A stretch of 64,000 bases of DNA from a virus (lineage: Duplodnaviria; Caudoviricetes), in IMG/VR virus record IMGVR_UViG_3300037400_003271, positions 8,853 to 72,852 of that record, one strand, 5' to 3'. The notes under the pieces are model-generated. The model searched no databases. It was not told the origin of the DNA and was given only the letters and a program-made list of their open reading frames with translations. How positions within the stretch are numbered: the stretch's first letter is position 1; each line of letters starts with the position of its first letter. Below are positions 29,257 to 38,433 of the stretch, one piece after another. The position numbers and the translations under genes were made by a program.

Positions 29257-29391
29257 TTACACCGCGATCTTTGTCAGTCTCGCGCAGAGCGCATCGTTGC
29301 GCTTGTTGCGCCGGTATTCATTCTTGATCTGCCGCCACCAGAGCTTTACCTTGTGAAACCGGGGCATACATCTGGGGTATTTAGCTTTCAT
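29257..29391 (-). CDS. small basic protein (44 aa)
   Basis: MKAKYPRCMP...; starts 1 nt after upstream stop. Confidence 0.45.
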   Translation of the reverse strand: MKAKYPRCMPRFHKVKLWWRQIKNEYRRNKRNDALCARLTKIAV

Positions 29392-29392
29392 A

Positions 29393-29740
29393 TTACTTTC
29401 GGATTATCGGCAGCTCGACCTTTTTCGCATCGTCCTCCCATCGGAGGTCAGGGAAAAAAGATTCGTCCAATTCAAACCAGTTGGCGGTTAGAGGCACCCA
29501 CGATATAAGCCCTCTTTGCGGCACTACGAGGAAAAACCACAATGTGCCATTTTTATTTCTCGCCACCCAGCCCTTGATGGTTGGGAGAGCGGAGATTTCT
29601 TCGGGGGCCTTTGCGTAAGCATCCCGTTTAATCGTCTGGACAAGAACCGCGCTGCCGAACGCATCGTCATCTGCGAAGTCACATCTGTTCAACTTCGGGA
29701 AAGCCTCACACGCTTTCTTGTGGATTTCCTGTGGTGTCAT
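29393..29740 (-). CDS. hypothetical protein
   Basis: GWVARNKNGTLWFF motif; coupled ORF. Confidence 0.6.
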   Translation of the reverse strand: MTPQEIHKKACEAFPKLNRCDFADDDAFGSAVLVQTIKRDAYAKAPEEISALPTIKGWVARNKNGTLWFFLVVPQRGLISWVPLTANWFELDESFFPDLRWEDDAKKVELPIIRK

Positions 29741-29743
29741 AGG

Positions 29744-29977
29744 CTACCTTGCTTTTTCGGAACACACATTGTTGTAGAAATCCAACGCGGCATCACGGAT
29801 CGTGTCACCGAATCCGGCCACGCCTTCTTGAATGTTATCTCCCAAGAGGAAACACCATTGGTTGCCATCTTTGGAGAGTTTCGGGCCGAGTGCTTGAATA
29901 CACGGCCAGATTTCGAGGCTTGACTGCCACGGGGAGTAAGCTCCGTCAAGGACGGATGATAATTCGGAAGGTGTCAT
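29744..29977 (-). CDS. conserved-type phage hypothetical protein
   Basis: DGNQWCFLLGDNIQEGVAGFGDT motif. Confidence 0.65.
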   Translation of the reverse strand: MTPSELSSVLDGAYSPWQSSLEIWPCIQALGPKLSKDGNQWCFLLGDNIQEGVAGFGDTIRDAALDFYNNVCSEKAR

Positions 29978-29980
29978 AGG

Positions 29981-30655
29981 CTAAAATTCTTCTTCAAGGT
30001 CATTTTGGAGTTCGATTATATCGTCATAGGTTCGTCCCATCTTTTGAAGGATGCCATAAGCCTCGGCCATATCGAGAACTTCTTTGAGGGCGTTCTTTTG
30101 GGCCTCGCTGGGCTTCCAATTAGGTAAAGGACGGAGGGATTTGAGCCAGTCGATAGCTTCATCTATTGCACTTTTAAGAGCATATTGCTCCCTCGCTGTT
30201 TCAAGAAAGTAAATAGCATCTGTTCTTCTATGCTCGTCCTCCTCGCTCCACCCTGCCGGCTTCTGAACTTGCCGCTTGCTCTCAATCCAGTTTATAAGTG
30301 CTTGCACTTCTTCGCCGGGCGTATCATCAGAGGTTGCCTCCGCGTAGTTTAAAATAGCAATCAATCTGCTCCACGCTTTTTTGTCCGGCTCACCATCGTG
30401 ATAGTTGAAATCCTGCATAGTTGCCCATTCTACGAGCTTCTGCTCTTTCTGCTTTTCGAGGTAGGCTTCCATCTGGCATCTTTCGTGATTAACAGCGTGT
30501 TTCTTCACAAGTGCAAGGATGTTTTTCCTTGTCCTCTCATCCTCGCTCTCCTGCAGCTCCGGGAAATCCCTCTTGATGGCATCGCAAGCCTCTTGGCTCA
30601 ACGCTCCGCAAGCAAGCAACTCACGAGCTTTCTCTATTGCTTCTTTTCTGTCCAT
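29981..30655 (-). CDS. hypothetical protein with QKP/WSEEDE/WKPSE repeat motifs
   Basis: motifs visible in translation. Confidence 0.7.
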   Translation of the reverse strand: MDRKEAIEKARELLACGALSQEACDAIKRDFPELQESEDERTRKNILALVKKHAVNHERCQMEAYLEKQKEQKLVEWATMQDFNYHDGEPDKKAWSRLIAILNYAEATSDDTPGEEVQALINWIESKRQVQKPAGWSEEDEHRRTDAIYFLETAREQYALKSAIDEAIDWLKSLRPLPNWKPSEAQKNALKEVLDMAEAYGILQKMGRTYDDIIELQNDLEEEF

Positions 30656-30661
30656 ATCGCT

Positions 30662-31432
30662 TTATTCTTCGTATTTCTTGAGTTCGTTCTTGAATTTCTG
30701 AATGTCGGCCTTCGTCTGCTCGATTTTCTGGGGGATAAATCTGTTAACCGCCTCCTTTACCTTCCGGTAATGTTCGTTGTTGTTGAACGCATCGAGGTCG
30801 TCCTTGCTGAAGAAGGCGCGGCTCTCACGAGAATCCATGCGGTAGCCATCCTCGTTGTAGATGTCTTCAATCAGTAAAAGCGACCGGCCGTCGCTTCCGT
30901 TCAGAACCTTGTAACCCTCGGATGTCAAGAGGTATGCGAGGCCATCCTTGCCAAAGACCTTGAGTTCGATGGTGGTCTTTGAGCAGACGGTGCCAACAGG
31001 AAAAACAACAGAATCACCAAAGTTCAAAGCGGAAATATCGTGCGGGCGCTCCTTAATCTCAGACATGCTGGCCAACTCGCTTTCCATCTTAGAAAGTTCG
31101 GATTCGTGCTGCTTCAGATATACCTCATGCTTCCTTATGCGCTTGCTGATCATGTCTCGAAAGGCAGCATTCTTGGTTTCGTGGAATTGAGAATCGAGGT
31201 CTCCAGTGGTGTGAAAGCACTCATACTCCTTCGCAGACTCATTGATGAGTGCTCCGAGCTCCCAATGGTCTCCAACCCTCTTAACGGAAACTCTGCAATG
31301 GTCTCCTTCGTGTTTGCAGGTCGTGTCCTCATAGATATTGCCTTCTATGCGCTTATAGGCTGCAATACCACGCATTCCGCGATACTTATAGAGGGTTTCC
31401 GGCATAATGTCGATTTCTTCTTTCTCTTTCAT
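30662..31432 (-). CDS. hypothetical protein
   Basis: 256-aa ORF. Confidence 0.7.
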   Translation of the reverse strand: MKEKEEIDIMPETLYKYRGMRGIAAYKRIEGNIYEDTTCKHEGDHCRVSVKRVGDHWELGALINESAKEYECFHTTGDLDSQFHETKNAAFRDMISKRIRKHEVYLKQHESELSKMESELASMSEIKERPHDISALNFGDSVVFPVGTVCSKTTIELKVFGKDGLAYLLTSEGYKVLNGSDGRSLLLIEDIYNEDGYRMDSRESRAFFSKDDLDAFNNNEHYRKVKEAVNRFIPQKIEQTKADIQKFKNELKKYEE

Positions 31433-31444
31433 AACCGAATCATC

Positions 31445-32203
31445 TTAATTCTTTATCAACACGTCATTCGCCCATCTGGAGAGGACGCCCTTCGACAGGC
31501 GGCATCCCTCGCGCGTTCCGTAGGCGTCAGGATCCTTTTCGAACAGCTCGTCGGTCATCCGGAGGATCTCGCTCCGCGGAACACCCTTGAGGACGAGCCG
31601 AGTGGCCATCATATACAACGGCGATCGGCGCTTCCACTCTGCGGCATTCTCCATCTTCTTGGCGCACATCGCCAGGCCGGCGTTGGGGTTCTTGTCGCCC
31701 TTCTTCCGGCCGAGATGGTCGCAGAAGTTCCCGGACTTGGACACGAAGCCGCCGTCTTTCTTGATCCGCTCCTTGCGGGCGTCGATGGCCGACTGGGTAC
31801 GCTGCTGGATCATCTCCTTTTCGAGCTGAGCGGCGAAAGAGAACGCGTAGAGAAGCATCTGGTCGACGGCTTTCAGCTCCGAACAGTCCAGGTCGATACC
31901 CATCTTGATCACGATGAGGCGAACACCGCGCTTCTTCAGTTCCTCGTTAACCAGTGTGTTGAGGTCAGACATCGAGCGGCCGAGGCGGGAGATCTCGGTC
32001 ACTATCAGGACATCGCCACGGGACATGCGCTTCACGAGGCCGGCAAGTTTTCTGTCCTTGTAGGACACGCCGCCGGACACGCCCTCGTCTTTCTCGACAA
32101 CATCGATGGTGAGTCCCTTCGATGAGGCGTACTGCTCGATGGCGTATACCTGCTGTACCTCGTCCTGGTGGTCTGTACTGAATCGGATATAAGCGTAGTT
32201 CAT
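31445..32203 (-). CDS. serine recombinase (resolvase/invertase family)
   Basis: YAYIRFSTDHQ catalytic Ser, DEGVSG, VTEISRLGRS, AQLEKEMIQQRT. Confidence 0.9.
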   Translation of the reverse strand: MNYAYIRFSTDHQDEVQQVYAIEQYASSKGLTIDVVEKDEGVSGGVSYKDRKLAGLVKRMSRGDVLIVTEISRLGRSMSDLNTLVNEELKKRGVRLIVIKMGIDLDCSELKAVDQMLLYAFSFAAQLEKEMIQQRTQSAIDARKERIKKDGGFVSKSGNFCDHLGRKKGDKNPNAGLAMCAKKMENAAEWKRRSPLYMMATRLVLKGVPRSEILRMTDELFEKDPDAYGTREGCRLSKGVLSRWANDVLIKN

Positions 32204-32204
32204 G

Positions 32205-32279
32205 TTACCTTTTCTCGTTGAACAGTTCCGGGATGAAGCTGAGGCCGCAGATGATATATGCTATGATGAACGCGATCAT
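32205..32279 (-). CDS. 24-aa hydrophobic peptide
   Basis: MIAFIIAYIICGLSFIPELFNEKR; ATGA-coupled upstream, abuts recombinase. Confidence 0.45.
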   Translation of the reverse strand: MIAFIIAYIICGLSFIPELFNEKR

Positions 32280-32548
32280 GACCGAAGCGTTTTGATATAA
32301 GCGTCGAGAAGATGCACTTTCGCGCGGTTGACCGCCTCCGTGTCGAGGGCGGTGAACTCGAACGACTTGATGAGAGAGTGTCCGGAGTAGATGGCCACAT
32401 CGAAGGTGATGTGCGTGCCCTCCCCCCAGAAGTTGTCGTGGATGCTCGTGTCCAGGTGCATCGAATGCCGGCGCCTCAGACATTCCGTCTGAAGCGGCTG
32501 GACCGCGGCGAGGATCTCGAGCATAATTTCGTCTTTTACTTGCTCCAT
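32276..32548 (-). CDS. hypothetical protein
   Basis: MEQVKDE start after AT-rich leader. Confidence 0.6.
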   Translation of the reverse strand: MEQVKDEIMLEILAAVQPLQTECLRRRHSMHLDTSIHDNFWGEGTHITFDVAIYSGHSLIKSFEFTALDTEAVNRAKVHLLDAYIKTLRS

Positions 32549-32591
32549 AACTTTGATGTTTTGATGTTTACCTGCAAGAAATGTGCCAATA

Positions 32592-32876
32592 TTAGTCTGC
32601 TCCGTATCTGTTGCACCACTCGAGTTTCTGCCGGCAGAACTCGTCGTAGTCTGCCTGCCACTTCGCGTCGTCAATCTTGATCCGGTCGAACCAGTCCGCA
32701 TCCGGCGTAATGATGAGGTTTACGTCACCATAGGCCGCAAGGAGATCCTCCTTCGCTTTGTCGAACTGGCTCTTGTTCTCGAACAGGCGCAGCCCGTCCG
32801 AGCAGTCCGTGTGGATGTGCGCCCTGGACAGCCCGATGGACTGCAGGTGCGCGTAGGTTAGTTCAGAGAGTTTCAT
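32592..32876 (-). CDS. hypothetical protein
   Basis: MKLSELTY start 1 nt after upstream stop. Confidence 0.6.
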   Translation of the reverse strand: MKLSELTYAHLQSIGLSRAHIHTDCSDGLRLFENKSQFDKAKEDLLAAYGDVNLIITPDADWFDRIKIDDAKWQADYDEFCRQKLEWCNRYGAD

Positions 32877-32877
32877 C

Positions 32878-33132
32878 TTACTTGGCTGTTGTTGTGAATT
32901 TGACTTCGATAATGATTTCGCCATTCGGGAGCGCCTTGAAGGACGTCGTGTCAAACAGCGCGTCTCCATAGTCGTCGTATGCGGCGCTAATGGACAGGTC
33001 GATGCAGCGCCGGCCGATCATCTTCTCGGCCTCGGAACGCAGGTTCTTGATCACGAAATCAGCATCCGCGTCGTCTTCGAATGTGCGGCGGAACTCCTTG
33101 TAGTTCGTAATCCAGATTCGCTTCAGTTTCAT
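32878..33132 (-). CDS. hypothetical protein
   Basis: ORF. Confidence 0.6.
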   Translation of the reverse strand: MKLKRIWITNYKEFRRTFEDDADADFVIKNLRSEAEKMIGRRCIDLSISAAYDDYGDALFDTTSFKALPNGEIIIEVKFTTTAK

Positions 33133-33595
33133 TTCTTTCCTTTAAGTATTCTTTGACTTTCTTGAGATCCGGCCACCCGCTCTTCGTGACAATGTCGCCG
33201 ACAAGAGAGTCGTGGCCGATGTGCTGGCCGAGATACTCGCACATTTCGGACAGGGCGCCATCGAGGGTGGGCGCCACAAAGCCCCGGCCGGAGAACCGGC
33301 CGACGAGCCACTCGGTGGTTACGTGCTGCCCGGCGTCATCCATATAGGTGCAGTCCGGGTCGACCCCGCGAATAAGGGTGACGAGTTCTTCATTGTCAAT
33401 CACGATCGGCTTGTAGGCCGACTTGATGTATTCGAGCGTCTTCTCTACGCGTTTCTTCTCGTCCAGGCAGTCCATCTGGGCCACCTTGTTCCCACCATCG
33501 CGATACGCCTCCGAATCGCGGTAAAGGCGGCTAATGCGGTTACGCAGCGAGTCAATAATGATCCCGTGCTGCTCCGGTGTGATTTCGATTGTCAT
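33059..33595 (-). CDS. hypothetical protein
   Basis: ORF; 74-nt overlap with downstream gene. Confidence 0.55.
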   Translation of the reverse strand: MTIEITPEQHGIIIDSLRNRISRLYRDSEAYRDGGNKVAQMDCLDEKKRVEKTLEYIKSAYKPIVIDNEELVTLIRGVDPDCTYMDDAGQHVTTEWLVGRFSGRGFVAPTLDGALSEMCEYLGQHIGHDSLVGDIVTKSGWPDLKKVKEYLKERNETEANLDYELQGVPPHIRRRRGC

Positions 33596-33894
33596 TTCTT
33601 TTCTACGCTAAAGGTTACACTGTCGTCGCGGAGAACCCGCGTCTTGTCTTTCTTGTGGGTGAAGGCATCAATGCCGTATTTGAATCCCCACCTGCAGACG
33701 GCGGCCCAGGATCCGATTCTATAGCCGATCTGCTCGCAGGCGTACCAGAAGATCTCGTCGTTGGCCTCGTCAAGGGAGAGGTTGTCGTCCCAGACCCAGG
33801 CCACCGGCGTCTGGCCGTCGTACTTGAGCACCTCCTGTCCGTTGTAGTGCATCCGCGCATTGTACGGATCGCACCTTGCTACTATTCTGTACAT
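33592..33894 (-). CDS. hypothetical protein
   Basis: coupled ORF. Confidence 0.6.
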   Translation of the reverse strand: MYRIVARCDPYNARMHYNGQEVLKYDGQTPVAWVWDDNLSLDEANDEIFWYACEQIGYRIGSWAAVCRWGFKYGIDAFTHKKDKTRVLRDDSVTFSVEKK

Positions 33895-33895
33895 A

Positions 33896-34090
33896 CTACA
33901 TATATTCGTCAGTTACCACTCGCAGGCCGGCCTGCAGGCCGCCGTAGATTCTGAGGTATCGCTCCGCCTCGGAGCCGTCGCACGCAAGCGCGCCCTCGAG
34001 GAAGAACGCCATCGCTTCCTGGCGCCGCCAGACTTTCGTAGTGCCGCCACAGGTCACTTCGACCTTGTCGTTGATTCTCGCGCGTGCCAT
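33896..34090 (-). CDS. hypothetical protein
   Basis: VEVTCGG...EAMAFFLEG...SEAERY motif. Confidence 0.6.
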   Translation of the reverse strand: MARARINDKVEVTCGGTTKVWRRQEAMAFFLEGALACDGSEAERYLRIYGGLQAGLRVVTDEYM

Positions 34091-34094
34091 ATCC

Positions 34095-34400
34095 CTAAGC
34101 CTTTGCAAGTCCGATAAACTCCGTGCAGATGAACGACCGCCACATACCTTTGACGCAGTCGAAGAACCGGACCTCCGTCTTCGGCTCGGGCACACTTTCG
34201 CCCTTAGGTTCCCAAAGTGTGCCGTCCGGCCGCTTCATCAGGCTCCGGTTGAGCGTGCCCACCGCGTCGCGGATGCTGCCGTCCTTCTTCCTGAACTGGA
34301 ACTTGACGGCCTGCTCCATCATCTTCTCCTGAAGCAGCATGATCTCGTCGGCCTTGAATCCCTCAATGCCGAGGTTAACTAAGTCTTCTCGTGTCTTCAT
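34095..34400 (-). CDS. SH3 beta-barrel (WYL_2/DUF2693-like) protein
   Basis: VKFQFRKKDGSIRDAVGTL...FFDCVKGMWRSF. Confidence 0.7.
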   Translation of the reverse strand: MKTREDLVNLGIEGFKADEIMLLQEKMMEQAVKFQFRKKDGSIRDAVGTLNRSLMKRPDGTLWEPKGESVPEPKTEVRFFDCVKGMWRSFICTEFIGLAKA

Positions 34401-34423
34401 AACTTTGCTTTGATTGTTAGTGT

Positions 34424-34888
34424 TTAACTGATAGGGTGTTCGTACCACTGGTCGATGGCCAGCAGGAACTTCTTACCCTCTACCTCGTCGACCCAGATCT
34501 CGTGCGCTCCGATCTTCGCGCAGAGCCATGAGTTGTCGGTCTTCGGGCAGTGGTCCACCGGACTCCAGCGGGAGCCGTATGCGTTGAGCATTGCGTGTTT
34601 CCTGATGAACTCCTCGACAGCCTTTTTCGCATTGGTGAATTCGTTGACCTCGTTAAAGGTTGCCCATTTAGCGGATACGTGCCCGTCGCTGGAGAAGACC
34701 GTGATCTCCGCCGTAAAGGCGGACATATCCCCGTCGTCGTTTCGCGGCGTGTACTGCGTAATGATGTGGACTGTCAGCTTTTCGAACAGGAGCTGGTTCT
34801 GGATCTTGAGCATCCACTCGTAAGCGGACAGGAAACTTCTTTGCGCTTCTTCGTTCTCGAAGCGTCTCATATCTTCGCTTGTTGCCAT
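34424..34888 (-). CDS. hypothetical protein
   Basis: ORF. Confidence 0.6.
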   Translation of the reverse strand: MATSEDMRRFENEEAQRSFLSAYEWMLKIQNQLLFEKLTVHIITQYTPRNDDGDMSAFTAEITVFSSDGHVSAKWATFNEVNEFTNAKKAVEEFIRKHAMLNAYGSRWSPVDHCPKTDNSWLCAKIGAHEIWVDEVEGKKFLLAIDQWYEHPIS

Positions 34889-34892
34889 ACTT

Positions 34893-35036
34893 CTACTTTC
34901 TTAAGATTTTATCGATGTACCGTTTCCACTGGCCGGCGGAGTCAAACTCCATCCATCGGCCGGAGACTTCTGACTTGTAGCCGCGCCCCCATTCATAGAG
35001 GGCATAGCCTTCGTAGGTGATGAGCGCGTTACACAT
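34893..35036 (-). CDS. small hypothetical protein (47 aa)
   Basis: MCNALITYEG...; fills gap. Confidence 0.45.
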   Translation of the reverse strand: MCNALITYEGYALYEWGRGYKSEVSGRWMEFDSAGQWKRYIDKILRK

Positions 35037-35244
35037 AGTCTTCGATGTAAGTTACTGCGTCACCGATGCTGCTGGCCGCATCCTCGAACGCGCTGATTTT
35101 TTCCTCCAGCGCAGGTGCGGCGTCGCTTTCCAGCCACTTCTCGGAGCGGCTGTCGTAATACTCCTGGGCCTTTTCGGCCATCTCTGTCAGTTCTGCCTGC
35201 AGACCCTCCAGTTTGTCTTTAATCTTTTCGATCTTCTTTGACAT
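35029..35244 (-). CDS. acidic helical hypothetical protein
   Basis: YYDSRSEKWLESD motif. Confidence 0.65.
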   Translation of the reverse strand: MSKKIEKIKDKLEGLQAELTEMAEKAQEYYDSRSEKWLESDAAPALEEKISAFEDAASSIGDAVTYIEDYV

Positions 35245-35290
35245 AGTGAATGTGTTTTATGGTTGTTTCCTTGCAAGAACTACGCCACGA

Positions 35291-35557
35291 TTAGCGGATG
35301 CGTTCTTGAACTACTGAGAGTTTAAACTCGGCGTCCGGGATGAATTTCAAGACACTCTCCTTTGCAAGCCGGAGCGCAGAGTCTTTGCTTGTCCGAGTCC
35401 CGACCTCCTCAAAGAACGGCCAGCCGGCGAAGACAACATACTTGCCTTCCTTCCGGTTGACAACGGCTACCATTTTGCCGCTCTCTTTCAAGGTAAACTT
35501 TGTGCGCTTGCCCTGTCGGCAAAGCACATCGGTTAAGATAATTCTTGTTGTTTCCAT
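35291..35557 (-). CDS. hypothetical protein
   Basis: ORF. Confidence 0.6.
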   Translation of the reverse strand: METTRIILTDVLCRQGKRTKFTLKESGKMVAVVNRKEGKYVVFAGWPFFEEVGTRTSKDSALRLAKESVLKFIPDAEFKLSVVQERIR

Positions 35558-35560
35558 GTT

Positions 35561-36169
35561 TTATTTTTCTTTTCGTTTCCACATATAGCCACCAGATGTT
35601 TTTGATGCTCCTCTGCACGCCTGGGATATGCAATCTGCGCTTATCCCGGTTTTCTTACTAGCCTCATCAATTGAATCATATTCTGCTACAAGAATTCCAG
35701 ATAAGGAGTATTGGGCGCATGCCGTATATTTTTTCTTTAGAATTCCTTCGTCCCACATTTTACGAATGTGTATTTTCGCTGCAGCGCTAAGTCTCGCCCT
35801 ACGATTCTTCTCATTGCAGTTCTCTTTTGCTGTACCCCATGCAAGATTCGCCGAATTATTATTCATTGCGTTTCCATCGAGATGCATGCATTGATAACCT
35901 GCCGGTCTGGGGCCATGAAACGCTTCGCAAACTAGATTGGATACCCTTACGCAACGAATTTTGGAATTTTTACAAAGCATTATGACTGGCGTTCTGTATG
36001 AGTAACCACGCTTCTGGTTAATCTGCGTTTTCATAATCCTTCCCTTCCAGTTCTTCCTGATTCCATTAGCGTAAATTGTGATCCTATCAAGACTCTTCAC
36101 TCTTCCCAGGCTGCTCACTTCGTACAGCCCATCATAGCCGAGAACCGGCTTCCAGATTTCCTCTGTCAT
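35561..36169 (-). CDS. NUMOD4-HNH-NUMOD1 homing endonuclease
   Basis: EIWKPVLGYDGLYEVSS; CMHLDGNAMNNNSANLAW; AQYSLSGILVAEYDSI. Confidence 0.9.
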   Translation of the reverse strand: MTEEIWKPVLGYDGLYEVSSLGRVKSLDRITIYANGIRKNWKGRIMKTQINQKRGYSYRTPVIMLCKNSKIRCVRVSNLVCEAFHGPRPAGYQCMHLDGNAMNNNSANLAWGTAKENCNEKNRRARLSAAAKIHIRKMWDEGILKKKYTACAQYSLSGILVAEYDSIDEASKKTGISADCISQACRGASKTSGGYMWKRKEK

Positions 36170-36272
36170 ACTACTTAAAAATAGCCCAGATGTTCAGTGT
36201 ACGGTGCGAGCATACGCCTACTAATCTGGGCCTTTAAGTGTCTATGTCTCGTTACCTCGCACGTAACTATTG

Positions 36273-36280
36273 CAAAGGTA
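36273..36280 (-). promoter_or_regulatory. Bacteroidetes -7 promoter element
   Basis: TACCTTTG on minus strand in an intergenic gap. Confidence 0.55.
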
Positions 36281-36325
36281 AGAAACATTTTTCAGAAATC
36301 CTAATCAGTGTGCCTCGAAAAAGAT

Positions 36326-36748
36326 TTAGAAAATTACCACCATGCTCGGGAACGGTGCCCCTTGCTTGGACTCATTGAAATGGAGACGGCCACGGATGAA
36401 CCGGATCTCCTTCGCTTTGTGGTAGATGTACTCGTGGAAGTACGATGTGTCGGTTCTGGCCGGGATGAGCATCACGACCAGGGTGTCCGGATTCCTTGAC
36501 TCCTCGTAGCACTTCTTGACCCACTTGTGCAGCTCACGCCCGTATGGAGGGTTGCAGAACACTCTTGCCCCCCCCCATGACCTCGCAAGTCCGTCATCTT
36601 CAATGGTATAGAACCGCTTACATTTAGCGTTACTCTCGGTAGCGCACGGGTCAAGATTGAAATGGAACTCAGCGTCCAACGCCCTGAAGAACTCCTTCGG
36701 GGTGGCCCACTCATTGCTGTTCGATGAGAATAATCCTTGATTGATCAT
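36326..36748 (-). CDS. phage DNA N6-adenine methyltransferase (Dam-type)
   Basis: EWATP, LDPCA, FCNPPYG, VMLIPARTDT, RFIRGRL. Confidence 0.9.
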   Translation of the reverse strand: MINQGLFSSNSNEWATPKEFFRALDAEFHFNLDPCATESNAKCKRFYTIEDDGLARSWGGARVFCNPPYGRELHKWVKKCYEESRNPDTLVVMLIPARTDTSYFHEYIYHKAKEIRFIRGRLHFNESKQGAPFPSMVVIF

Positions 36749-36749
36749 A

Positions 36750-37466
36750 TCAGTGTGCTTCAAATAAGATTCTCTGTCCGGGCTTCAGACTCCAGCAGCC
36801 CTCGTCCTTCACGGCACAGGCCGAGCAGTCGCCACCGCACCAGATGCCGCTCGGAACCATCTCGCCCTTCCACACCGGCCTCGAGGTCGGCAGGTTGTGC
36901 GGGTTGGGCACGGACAGGCCGCGCCACTCGCTGAAGATAATGTGCAGGTTCTCCGGCAGGTTTCCGTTGGCGTCAATCCAGCGGTTGACAATGTCGAACT
37001 GCTTCGTGAACGCCAGCACCTGGCAGTGCGTGTTATTCATGGCCACGACAACCATGCCGGTGAAGAAGTTGTCGTCGAGGATGTCGCCCGAAACGAAAAA
37101 CCTGAACCATTTGTTCTTCTTCATCTCCCCATCTACCTCTCGGAAGAACTTCACGGGATCTCCGTGGGCGATTGCGCTGTTGTTGGCGAATGCCGCCCTG
37201 CTTGCGTCGTAGCAGGCGATGTTCCGCGCTGCATAACAGCCCTTCGCGCAGCAGGCGCAATTTGCCCCGCAATCAGCGATTGGGATGATCGACACGGACG
37301 GGACAAGGTTGCCCGTCTTGCGGTTGCCGTAGGAGAACTTGACATGCGCGTTCTCTACATCAACCTGACCGCGCAGGTCTACCATCTTCTTGACTCTGGT
37401 CGCGATGGCCTCTTCCTTGAATTCGACGTAGTTGTGTACGCCGGTAAGTGCTTTGTGTGTTGCCAT
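36750..37466 (-). CDS. Gp88-like Cys-rich (putative Fe-S) protein
   Basis: GNRKTG, CGANCACCAKGCYA, FRFFVSGDI, AFTK, C-terminal CGGDCSAC...C. Confidence 0.7.
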   Translation of the reverse strand: MATHKALTGVHNYVEFKEEAIATRVKKMVDLRGQVDVENAHVKFSYGNRKTGNLVPSVSIIPIADCGANCACCAKGCYAARNIACYDASRAAFANNSAIAHGDPVKFFREVDGEMKKNKWFRFFVSGDILDDNFFTGMVVVAMNNTHCQVLAFTKQFDIVNRWIDANGNLPENLHIIFSEWRGLSVPNPHNLPTSRPVWKGEMVPSGIWCGGDCSACAVKDEGCWSLKPGQRILFEAH

Positions 37467-37468
37467 AA

Positions 37469-37648
37469 CTATACCCGTTTGATGTTTTCGATTATAATGG
37501 ACACGGAGCTGTCTCCGTCACCCAGAAATTCGCGGTTATCGTAGAAGTAGCCGTCAAGCATATTCTGGATCTCCGACTTCACCTGTTCCTTTGACTTGAA
37601 CGCCGACCCTTCAAATCTTATGGTGCTGGTAACGATATACTTTGCCAT
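37469..37648 (-). CDS. hypothetical protein
   Basis: MAKYIV start. Confidence 0.55.
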   Translation of the reverse strand: MAKYIVTSTIRFEGSAFKSKEQVKSEIQNMLDGYFYDNREFLGDGDSSVSIIIENIKRV

Positions 37649-37650
37649 AG

Positions 37651-37881
37651 TTACTTTATGTTTTTGAGATAGTTTTCCAGCTCCTCCTCCGTCTCGCAGG
37701 TGCACCGGTACTGGCTGCTGATGCCGCTCCAATGCAGGTGCAGCTGATAGATTGTGTCGAACACATAGTGGTAGCCGTTTCCGTACAGGACATACAGCAC
37801 CACGCCGTCAACGAGGCAGGGCTGCACGGTTTCGCTTGCGCAGCCGCAATACTCGGTTGTGAGCCACTGTAACTTTGCCAT
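37651..37881 (-). CDS. hypothetical protein
   Basis: ORF. Confidence 0.55.
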   Translation of the reverse strand: MAKLQWLTTEYCGCASETVQPCLVDGVVLYVLYGNGYHYVFDTIYQLHLHWSGISSQYRCTCETEEELENYLKNIK

Positions 37882-37884
37882 AAC

Positions 37885-38121
37885 TTAGTCTCTTTTGATC
37901 GTATGGTTGAGCTCTAATACTCTGAAATCCCCATTCTCGTATCGGAAAAGCCTGTTGAATCTCGATTTTTTCGACGGGGACAATTCGTGGTCTGCCCAGG
38001 CGAACCACGCAAAATTGTACTTGTCTTGCGGAATCGCCTTGAACTCTTCCAGCGACAGGCGGAACCAATACTTCTCCAAGCCCTGCGCGATCAGAACCCT
38101 GTAGTTGAGAATCTTTGCCAT
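37885..38121 (-). CDS. hypothetical protein
   Basis: MAKILNY start. Confidence 0.55.
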   Translation of the reverse strand: MAKILNYRVLIAQGLEKYWFRLSLEEFKAIPQDKYNFAWFAWADHELSPSKKSRFNRLFRYENGDFRVLELNHTIKRD

Positions 38122-38131
38122 AACCCTTGCT

Positions 38132-38374
38132 TTAGTCCGGGAAGATCCGGAGGTAATACTTCTGCGGGTCGAACGCACCTTCGTCGAGGCTGATGAGGTC
38201 CTCCAGTTCACCCTGCTCGTACCACGCGAGGAACTCGTCGTGTTCGCCCCTATTAAGGAGCGTTTTCCTTTGCCGAAACAGCTCGTCTATAATGGCGCCT
38301 TGGCTCATATCCAGGATAGCCTCGAGGTCCACGCCATCCGGGAGCAGGTCCCGTCTCAAGATGTATGCTTTCAT
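38132..38374 (-). CDS. acidic hypothetical protein
   Basis: ORF with own AT-rich leader. Confidence 0.6.
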   Translation of the reverse strand: MKAYILRRDLLPDGVDLEAILDMSQGAIIDELFRQRKTLLNRGEHDEFLAWYEQGELEDLISLDEGAFDPQKYYLRIFPD

Positions 38375-38433
38375 ATTCTGAATGATTTAAGGTTAAACCC
38401 GCCCGGCGCCGGTCGTGGCGCCCGTGGATATGA

